A program made the translations under genes and the position numbers. Of a DNA stretch of 38,424 nt, positions 19,528 to 27,481 are shown piece by piece (the first letter of the stretch is position 1; each line of letters starts with the position of its first letter). The DNA is from Nonlabens sp. GTDB taxonomy: Bacteria > Bacteroidota > Bacteroidia > Flavobacteriales > Flavobacteriaceae. The stretch lies in the NCBI GenBank assembly GCA_023301395.1, contig JALZUY010000089.1, positions 1 to 38,424 of the forward strand, given 5' to 3'. The notes beneath the pieces were generated by a model. The model was given only the letters and a program-made list of their open reading frames with translations. It did no database searches and was not told the DNA's origin.

Positions 19528-19574
19528 GTAATCACACTCAAACTTAAATAATTTAGGATAATATGTGTGACTCT

Positions 19575-19621
19575 TATAAACAACAATTCCAACCTTTTAT
19601 AAGTTGGAATTGTTGTTTATA
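19575..19621 (-). terminator. Long hairpin terminator after PL7 gene (end of the SusC operon)
   Basis: 19-bp perfect stem TATAAACAACAATTCCAAC / GTTGGAATTGTTGTTTATA with 9-nt loop. Confidence 0.8.
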
Positions 19622-19646
19622 TATTAAATATTCATTTCTTAACGTA

Positions 19647-20555
19647 TTAATGAGTCACTTCTAAACTGTACATTTTCACCTTAGAATACCCAGCTGGATC
19701 AGAAGTTTGTATATAATTACCTGCTTTAAAATAATTATCAAATGGCCATTTTGCTAAACTTATATCCTGAAATACATGAGTCTGTCCATTCACGGTAACC
19801 TGAAGTCTTCCTGAAGAAGCTCTTATTTCTAAATCAAATGGTTCATATCCTACTTGACCAAAATTGTGTGATATATCACCCCAAACGGCATTATCTTTAT
19901 TAATGATAGCATCTCCAGATAGTGATTCATCATTCAATGTTTTTTTGTAGGCAAATAAATCTCCATCTCTCCATTGCATTTTTAATAATGGTGGAGCCGC
20001 ATCACTAGTTAAGTTGAGCCTAGAAACATCTGATGGTTTAATTATTCCATGAATTTGAGCCATCATAAAACGATCTTTATTTAGACTTCCAGTTCCTGTG
20101 TTATTTGATGCCTCAAGTACCTGCATGCGAACTTTTAAAATTCCGCCATCAGTCAAACTCCAGTTGTCTCTAGAATTAGAAGGATTAATTAATTCTCTTA
20201 GTTCTGTTCTGGGAAATGAACTGTTTGCGGTAGTGGCACCGTTTGGATCAAATTGAGTATAAAAAATAATCCCTTCTTCATCTGTATCATCAAACATAAA
20301 CCCGTCTAATGCAGCAAGATTGCGATAAGCTCCATTGTCTAATTGAGATGGTGAATACTCGTCAGGACTGCCATCACTATCGATATCAACAGGTAGTGTT
20401 ACCTTCCAGTTAGAAAAGTCAATATTTAGACCTATCGGATCTGGATCAGTAGGATTATTTGGGTCCACAAGTTGAATACGCTCAGGAGCCTCTTCCTCTT
20501 TATTACAAGACCATAGTAGCGTAATAGATAGCAGTAAAAAAACAATCTTTTTCAT
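19647..20555 (-). CDS. PL7 alginate lyase, surface lipoprotein
   Basis: WKVTLP, PRTELRE, QIHG, YFKAGNY PL7 motifs; lipobox LWSC followed by acidic NKEEE and a Pro/Asp linker. Confidence 0.92.
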   Translation of the reverse strand: MKKIVFLLLSITLLWSCNKEEEAPERIQLVDPNNPTDPDPIGLNIDFSNWKVTLPVDIDSDGSPDEYSPSQLDNGAYRNLAALDGFMFDDTDEEGIIFYTQFDPNGATTANSSFPRTELRELINPSNSRDNWSLTDGGILKVRMQVLEASNNTGTGSLNKDRFMMAQIHGIIKPSDVSRLNLTSDAAPPLLKMQWRDGDLFAYKKTLNDESLSGDAIINKDNAVWGDISHNFGQVGYEPFDLEIRASSGRLQVTVNGQTHVFQDISLAKWPFDNYFKAGNYIQTSDPAGYSKVKMYSLEVTH

Positions 20556-20601
20556 TTCTAATTTCTTTTAATTAAATTTAATTCTCAAAGTTCACAAAAG
20601 C

Positions 20602-21885
20602 TTAATAACCGGTAACTTTTAACTTTTTATAAAGCCACTTTTTACCTGTTTTTTTGATTTCAGGATACATTCAGTGCGCAACGTTATAAGCTACACGTAT
20701 CTCTTTATGTGATTCTATTTCATTTAAAGCAGCAGCAACAGACGTCGCAGGACAAACATTATCATTATAACCATAACCATAGTATCCTGGCGCATCGAGT
20801 AATCTAGCAAAATTTACTACATCATAGTAACGACTCACTTTCACCTTTTGCTCTGTAAATTTAAATCCTCTACCATTGAGTCTAGGCCAGCCACCAGCGC
20901 GGTTATTATTAAAACCTTCAAGATCAGCAAGTGCTGGATAATAAGCTGCAATAGCATCTACTCTATGATCAAGAGCAGCCGTCACAATGGTTAAAGCACC
21001 ACCTTGAGAACCACCAGTAACTCCTATATTCTCACCATCAAACTGTTCTAATGTATGTATGAAATCAATTGCTCTTATACATGCCGTATATACACGTTTA
21101 TAATAATATCGATTCCTATCATCCATACGATTCAAATTGTATTTGTAAAGAGCTCCATATTTCAAATTTTCATATATATCACTGCCATATAAGTTCACAG
21201 GTATACCATGTATCCCTATTTGTAGGGAAACTATATCGTCATTATAGTCTTTACCTTCATAAGGCCTTACTCCAGCTCCAGGAACATGGAGAATGGCTGG
21301 ATATTTACCTTCCTTTTTAGGAACGGTTAATATTCCATAAATAAAGGATTTCTTACCATGATTGAATCTTATGTGATAAGCCAGTTTTGTAGCCGTATCT
21401 TTCTCTGGCATTCTAGTTAATAGAGGTCTCAAATCAATTTTACGGGCATCTATAATAGCCTTATTCCAGAATTTATTGAAATCAGTAGGCATTTTAGTAA
21501 ATGTCTCAATTTCATCAACATCTACACCAGCGGTTGCTGTATTTGTAAAAACAGCATTCTCGTCTTTATGTGTCACAGTTAATCTTATAAAACCTGGTTG
21601 AGATAAAGAAATCCCTTTAATAATACCATGCCCATCTTTAAGTACTATGGATCGTTCTATTTCAGGAATCATTTGCTCGGCACCTATACTATATTCAATA
21701 GCTGCATTTTTCACCAGCTTGCCATATTTGAAAACAGACACTTCAAAATCTGCTCGTTCATTAATTCCATATTGATAAGATTCACTTAACGGAGCAGCCA
21801 TTATAGTTATCAACTCTGTTCTTTGAGACTGAGCAATACTAGTTACCGAAGTGATTAATAGAAATAAAATTAAAAAATGTCGCAT
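20602..21885 (-). pseudogene. CE7 (acetylxylan esterase / cephalosporin-C deacetylase family) esterase with premature in-frame TGA at 20673-20671
   Basis: VPGAG, GGSQGG nucleophile, YYDVVNFA, DNVCP, ...NVAH then TGA. The frame continues MYPEIKKTGKKWLYKKLKVTGY* to 20602, resembling the usual GHWxxPE...WL tail. Family call is strong; pseudogene status less so. Confidence 0.65.
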
Positions 21886-21896
21886 GAAGTATACTT

Positions 21897-22706
21897 CTAG
21901 TGTTCAATAATTTCAAAGTCAGCAAATCTCACTTGCTCATCTCTTAATTGATCTGAATGTTTTAAACTGCGATAAAGTCCCCATTTGGGTCTTAAGAATT
22001 GAGCATTATCTTTCCACATCCTGAGATCTCCTTTATAACTTATAAGTTCTTTGTTGTCTCGCTTTCGCGAAAGCGTAACATCTAAACTTCCCTTTTCACC
22101 AAAGACAATCGTTTCTTCAACCACAATCCATTCTCCTAGAAAAGGTTCTAAGTCGGTACTTATTATGCTTTCTTGTTCCAAATTAACAGAATGACGGATA
22201 TCAAAAGTTTTCTTGTCTCTTTTGTCTCGCAAAGTATACGTAAGAGTAGGCATTTTATCCTGTGATCCACCTACCGCTTTTATTTGATGGATATGAGTAA
22301 ATCCAGCCGAGGCTTGAAAATCTTTATCTAACTTAAATAGCCATTTATAAGTATGTGTTTCATCGTTTGTAGCCAGTGTATTTTCAGGAGATTCACTGTA
22401 GGTTTTAATTTCTGTACGTTGTTTATCAAATCGCTTACAACGATCTGTATCCTTATCTACATGTCCATGGAAAATGAATACATCTTTTTCTAACTCTTTA
22501 TCAAAAGCTTGAGTAATATGCGCTCCAAATGACGGATGACTGCAATCGCTTACTTCTACAACATTGTTTCCTGGTGCTAACACAGAATTAACGAGTTCAT
22601 AAGTATCTTTATTACTATCTGCCTCCAGAATGGTGGAAACAGTAACAGCCCTATCTTGCTTAAAAAGCATAAATAGGACTGCTATTGAAATGAATGTGTA
22701 TTTCAT
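21897..22706 (-). CDS. Secreted polysaccharide-lyase-like beta-jelly-roll protein (heparin lyase I-like superfamily), unclassified
   Basis: N-terminal hydrophobic signal; QRTEIK, FTHIHQIK, RPKWGLYR parallel the RxE / QxH / KxGxY motifs of jelly-roll lyases. Confidence 0.6.
   Translation of the reverse strand: MKYTFISIAVLFMLFKQDRAVTVSTILEADSNKDTYELVNSVLAPGNNVVEVSDCSHPSFGAHITQAFDKELEKDVFIFHGHVDKDTDRCKRFDKQRTEIKTYSESPENTLATNDETHTYKWLFKLDKDFQASAGFTHIHQIKAVGGSQDKMPTLTYTLRDKRDKKTFDIRHSVNLEQESIISTDLEPFLGEWIVVEETIVFGEKGSLDVTLSRKRDNKELISYKGDLRMWKDNAQFLRPKWGLYRSLKHSDQLRDEQVRFADFEIIEH
22060..22075. repeat. Palindrome CGCTTTCGCGAAAGCG, exact 16-mer, in lyase-like gene
   Basis: Read as TLSRKR. Confidence 0.9.
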
Positions 22707-22707
22707 A

Positions 22708-25700
22708 TTATTTCACAAGGAATTGTATTGTTTCAGAACCTTGAGCTGTCTTTACATTTACAAAATATGTACCAGTTTGTAATGAACTGATATTTATTCT
22801 ATTTGAAAACTCATTAACAATCATTACTTCTTGACCAGTAACATTGAAAATAGATAATGAAGTCCAGTTTGTATCTTCTAATTCAATAGATAAAAAATCT
22901 GTTGCTGGATTAGGGTACAATAAAATATTAGTAAGTAAATTATCCTCATTAGATAGTGTACTATTTTCAAATGCGATTGCAAAACGGTCTAACGCACTAC
23001 TTGCATTTACATCATCAATGGCAAATGATACTTCATTCATCCCAGAATTATTTAAAGCTGTTCTAGTTCCTAAGAAGTTATCTACTAGAGCTACATTGAA
23101 CCCTACAAATGTACTTACATCAATTCTAAAGGTATAATTAGCATCTCCATAGTTAGTAATGTTTAATGGAAACATCATCCCATCCTGAACTTGAGAAATA
23201 GATTGAACACCGTACTGTGCTGCATTTGTTCCCACAATAGATAAAGTCTCATCTAGATTTGTAGGTTTTAAGAAATCTTGATTATCGTTTACATTTGAAA
23301 AAGTATGATCTACTCTTAGCATTACTGCATCCGTAGGAGAGCTGTTTACTTGTAAAGAAGCAGTGTCAAATAAGGTAACAACTAATTGGTTTGAAGCAGT
23401 ATTGTTGATTCCAAAAACGGTACTTGAACTAAGATCTGTAGATGTTCCTTTATCGCTTTCGCGGAAGCGTAATACCATATCATTTCCAGCTCCATTTGCT
23501 CCAGTAGTTGCAACTACAAATGCTGCTTGACCTGGTTGAATAAAGTCAGAATTAGGACTTGATGGTAATGCTGTTGCTATTCCTCCAGCTGCAAAACCAC
23601 TAACTGTAGTGTAAGCTCCACGACCATTCAATCCACCTAGATTAGGATCCCAGTAATAGATAACGTCATTATTTACATTATCTGAATTTGCAAGGATTGA
23701 TTCCATATCTACAGCAGATTGGTATGGATTACCTATGAATACGAATTCATTTTCTTCTACATCATAATTAAGAGTTTGATCTCCTTGATTTACAGTTCCA
23801 GTAGTTGATAGTGTGGTTGCGCTAGCTGCAATTGAACCTGATAATCTAGACATATCTCTATCTCCTCTTATAAAAACACGATATGCATCCATTGCAGTTA
23901 ACTCATCACCTGATTGGTTAGTACTTGTTAAAGCATCCCAAGTTTGATTTGTATCATTTGAATATCTAAACGCTGATACATTTCCACTAACTGTTTGATC
24001 AAATCCAGTTGTCATATCTACCGTTCCTGCAGTTCCTGCAGCACCAGTAATATGAGTTCCTTTACCAGCTACACTAGCACCAGCTTCTTGCCAGTTATCA
24101 TAGATAGTTGTTGTAGTTGTTACTGGAGATGATAAGAATCTATAAACTCTACCATCAACAGCTGTTGAAATTGGTATAAATCTCTCAGCAATAAAATCTC
24201 CTGTAATACTTGATGTTGCCGGTAATTCATTAATTACGGCTGTACTTGTCGCTGTATTTTTTAATGTAAATGTTCCTGTATTATCAAAATCACCTGTTGA
24301 AATCGTCAATTCATTGTATAAATCTACTGTTGAACTGGAAGACAATCCTGCAGCATTATCTAAATCAATTGTACCTAAACTCACAGTTCCTGCTCCAGAA
24401 ATCATTTGGCTCGTATTACCATTAAAGAATACAATTGCATCGTTTGCGTTTAGATCACCATTTACAAGAACATTTTCTGATACAGTAAGTACAACATCCA
24501 TATCTACATTCATTGATCCCGAAGTTTCAATATTAATACTTTGAATAATCGTGTTTGATGTTAATGTCGCTGTTCCATTTAAAACTACTAAGTCTGCTGT
24601 TGTATTTGTATTACCACTAGCATCATTAAATGGTGCTAACCATGCGTTATCATAAGTAAATACTTTATTGAAGTCGTTAGGTAAACCTGGTGTACCAAAT
24701 GAGTTTGATACTGTACCAAAAGGAGTTATTGCAAAATCCCAAGCCTCGCTATCATCATTATCATTTACATCAAAAAATGAAAAACCTAACTCTAGACTCG
24801 CACCATCATCTTGACCTTGCGTAGGGAATCCTATAGGAGCAGTTCCATAACCATAATCATAATCAACTCTATCTAATTCTAATCCAGTTACTGATACTAT
24901 AAAGACACCATCAATTTCATTATCATCAGGAGTCCCGTCATCAAAAGAAGATTCGTTATTAAACCTAGGGTAATCAGTTCCAGGAGCTGATGGACCTCCT
25001 ACAGGAGAATTAAAACCATATGCATATAATACATTAGTGATTCCACCATTCATACTAGAATCTGTTGTAGGTGAAAGAACGCCATAAGAATTTGCCAAAA
25101 GCATCACTGGTGCAGCTGCTGTTATTACGTGAGCTCTTCCACTAGAAGATGAATCCCCTATAGTCCACCCAACAAGATCTATATCATTATCAGTTGTATT
25201 ATAAATTTCAATCCATTCTGTATTTGCTTCAGATCCGTTAGCATCTATCATGATTTCAGTTATCAGAACATCGCCTGGAGCTAAAACACCACTACTAAAA
25301 CCAAAGTTTGCGGTTCCTGGAGTACCTCTATAGTCTGTACTATTAAAGGATCCAAAAATATTTGTGCTCGCTACCCAATTTGCAGCTGCATCGTTTGATG
25401 CAGAGTCTAAGGTATTTCCATTTAATTGATAACTCACAGAAGATGCAGCTCCTTGATCAGGCCAAGCATTCAATCCATTATACCCAAAACCATAAAGAAT
25501 ATTATCAATAGTTATGGTTCCTCCCATACCGTCAGGCGCAATTAGTTCTATTCCATCATCATTAGTAGAACCACCACTATAAGTACTTTCATTATTCCAC
25601 GTAGGGAATCCTGAATTTGACATTCCAGTTGCTGCTCCATATACATAAACAGTATTAGGAAGAGTTATTGCTACATTTGAGTCATCATTATAAACAAACA

Positions 25701-25986
25701 CTGCATAACCATTTGCCGGTATTACAACAGGTAATACCGCACCGTTATTGTCAGTTGATGTAATTAAATGATCCCTACCACTTGAACTATTATCTCCAAT
25801 GATCCAACCATTCATGTCTATCGGTGAGCTTGTTGTATTATATACTTCAAACCATTCTCTATCTTGCTCATTATTGCTATTAGGATCTATCATTATTTCC
25901 GTAATAACAATATCTCCTGGAGAAACTGTTTGCGCTAAACCTATAAAGCTTATAAGTAATAATGCTAGGGTTGTTATCTTTTTCAT
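22708..25986 (-). CDS. T9SS-secreted protein with two lamin-tail domains
   Basis: Two repeats of GD(I/V)(V/L)ITEIM...EW(F/I)E(V/I)YNTT...GTPG; C-terminal LYPNPATD...GTYFVNV T9SS type A sorting domain. Confidence 0.85.
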   Translation of the reverse strand: MKKITTLALLLISFIGLAQTVSPGDIVITEIMIDPNSNNEQDREWFEVYNTTSSPIDMNGWIIGDNSSSGRDHLITSTDNNGAVLPVVIPANGYAVFVYNDDSNVAITLPNTVYVYGAATGMSNSGFPTWNNESTYSGGSTNDDGIELIAPDGMGGTITIDNILYGFGYNGLNAWPDQGAASSVSYQLNGNTLDSASNDAAANWVASTNIFGSFNSTDYRGTPGTANFGFSSGVLAPGDVLITEIMIDANGSEANTEWIEIYNTTDNDIDLVGWTIGDSSSSGRAHVITAAAPVMLLANSYGVLSPTTDSSMNGGITNVLYAYGFNSPVGGPSAPGTDYPRFNNESSFDDGTPDDNEIDGVFIVSVTGLELDRVDYDYGYGTAPIGFPTQGQDDGASLELGFSFFDVNDNDDSEAWDFAITPFGTVSNSFGTPGLPNDFNKVFTYDNAWLAPFNDASGNTNTTADLVVLNGTATLTSNTIIQSINIETSGSMNVDMDVVLTVSENVLVNGDLNANDAIVFFNGNTSQMISGAGTVSLGTIDLDNAAGLSSSSTVDLYNELTISTGDFDNTGTFTLKNTATSTAVINELPATSSITGDFIAERFIPISTAVDGRVYRFLSSPVTTTTTIYDNWQEAGASVAGKGTHITGAAGTAGTVDMTTGFDQTVSGNVSAFRYSNDTNQTWDALTSTNQSGDELTAMDAYRVFIRGDRDMSRLSGSIAASATTLSTTGTVNQGDQTLNYDVEENEFVFIGNPYQSAVDMESILANSDNVNNDVIYYWDPNLGGLNGRGAYTTVSGFAAGGIATALPSSPNSDFIQPGQAAFVVATTGANGAGNDMVLRFRESDKGTSTDLSSSTVFGINNTASNQLVVTLFDTASLQVNSSPTDAVMLRVDHTFSNVNDNQDFLKPTNLDETLSIVGTNAAQYGVQSISQVQDGMMFPLNITNYGDANYTFRIDVSTFVGFNVALVDNFLGTRTALNNSGMNEVSFAIDDVNASSALDRFAIAFENSTLSNEDNLLTNILLYPNPATDFLSIELEDTNWTSLSIFNVTGQEVMIVNEFSNRINISSLQTGTYFVNVKTAQGSETIQFLVK
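23454..23469. repeat. Palindrome variant CGCTTTCGCGGAAGCG in LTD/T9SS gene
   Basis: One mismatch; read as RFRES. Confidence 0.85.
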
Positions 25987-26026
25987 TGGTTCTTTTTAAT
26001 TTAAGTAATTGAATTGAATGTACTAT

Positions 26027-27466
26027 CTATCCAGCTGGGTCAAAAGTATCTGTAACATCAACAGCTCCAAATTCAGTCAACACACTATCCGTAACTATAA
26101 ACCAATCAAAATTGAAATAAGCAGGAACTGTAGCACCACTACTTCCTGGTGTTATTCTTAATTCAAATACATTATTAATACTTGTTTGACCTGGAATAAA
26201 ACCATTAAGCCTTACTGCATATAACTTCCAACCACTTCCAGAGTTTGCATCTGGACCATCAAGACTGCGACGATTTGCAGATCCAGTTCCTCCTATATAA
26301 ATTTTAAAAGCCATATCAGTATTCTCCGTATTCATCCAGAAGTGTAATACTGGATTATCTCCATAATTACCAGTATCCATGATATTATTAACAGTTGAGC
26401 TTGTAGAAGTTTGATGAATTTTTGCTCTTGCCACTGTAGAACTAGTTGCCGTATTCATTTCTAATGCATAGTAATTACTTCCAGGGAATGGTGGCGGAGG
26501 AACATTACCATTTATACCAGCCACTGCATTAGGATCTTTACTAAAATCAACATCAAATACAGATGCTGGATCTGAGTCAAATTCATATAGTTGCTCAAAC
26601 TGACCATTTATATAAGGAGTTCCAGCTTGAGTTATTGTTCCACCACCTTGAAAATTAAGATCTATATCTACAAATCCAGTAACAATAGAACTAGGTACGT
26701 CAAATCTTAATTCAGTAGGTGATTGAGAATTAATGACTACAGGAACACCATTTATATTAGCATCAGTAATAAGATTCATGTCTTGTCCAGCTATAATCAC
26801 TTCGTTATCTCTAGTTAATACTGCTGGAAAACCACCGATAGTAGGTTGTGGTAAAATAACTTCAAATGCAGGAGATGCTTCAAGCGTAGCTGTTCCTGCT
26901 GATGTTAAATAAGATAAAACTACATCTACAATCCCAACGTTATTAGGAACTCTCACTACTAGTGCTTGACTTTCTTGAAATTCAATATTCGCTGCTGTTC
27001 CTCCAAAAGTGACTCCAGTCACACCAACTAAGTCAGTTCCTATAATATTTATTAAAGAATTTACATCACCACTCGCTGGCAATGCAGTAGTTACAGTAGG
27101 TACTGGATAAGTAACTGTTAACATTGAAGTACTTACTGCTTCTTTACCTTCATCAGTAACAACTTTAATGATTCCTGATATTGCGTTATTAGGCACTAAA
27201 ATTTGAAGGCGCTGGCCGGTAATTCTAGAAGTAATTGTTGCTTCTACATCACCTATATAAGCCTCAGTAGCAAAGTTCAAAAAAGTTCCATCTATGTCTA
27301 CTAATGAATTTACAGGAGCAGAACCAGGAGAGAAACCTGTAATCGTAGGTTGTTCAGATTTAATTTCAGCAACCGTTTGATCTATTTCTAGATCTGCTTC
27401 ACATGCTATTAAAACACCAGCTAATACTGCTAGTAACATGATTATTTTATAAACGTTTTTCATCAT
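26027..27466 (-). CDS. IPT/TIG-domain lipoprotein, probable surface glycan-binding protein (SusE-positioned)
   Basis: Lipobox LIAC; three PT(I/V) Ig-like repeats (I.G..L), then a C-terminal beta-sandwich; in SusC/D operon. Confidence 0.75.
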   Translation of the reverse strand: MMKNVYKIIMLLAVLAGVLIACEADLEIDQTVAEIKSEQPTITGFSPGSAPVNSLVDIDGTFLNFATEAYIGDVEATITSRITGQRLQILVPNNAISGIIKVVTDEGKEAVSTSMLTVTYPVPTVTTALPASGDVNSLINIIGTDLVGVTGVTFGGTAANIEFQESQALVVRVPNNVGIVDVVLSYLTSAGTATLEASPAFEVILPQPTIGGFPAVLTRDNEVIIAGQDMNLITDANINGVPVVINSQSPTELRFDVPSSIVTGFVDIDLNFQGGGTITQAGTPYINGQFEQLYEFDSDPASVFDVDFSKDPNAVAGINGNVPPPPFPGSNYYALEMNTATSSTVARAKIHQTSTSSTVNNIMDTGNYGDNPVLHFWMNTENTDMAFKIYIGGTGSANRRSLDGPDANSGSGWKLYAVRLNGFIPGQTSINNVFELRITPGSSGATVPAYFNFDWFIVTDSVLTEFGAVDVTDTFDPAG

Positions 27467-27481
27467 CTTGTTTTTTAATCC

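Noticed and set aside
20671-20673. Selenocysteine or genome-wide TGA=Trp recoding
   Set aside because: The position corresponds to Trp rather than Cys, no SECIS-like hairpin is evident, and no other gene here needs TGA readthrough.
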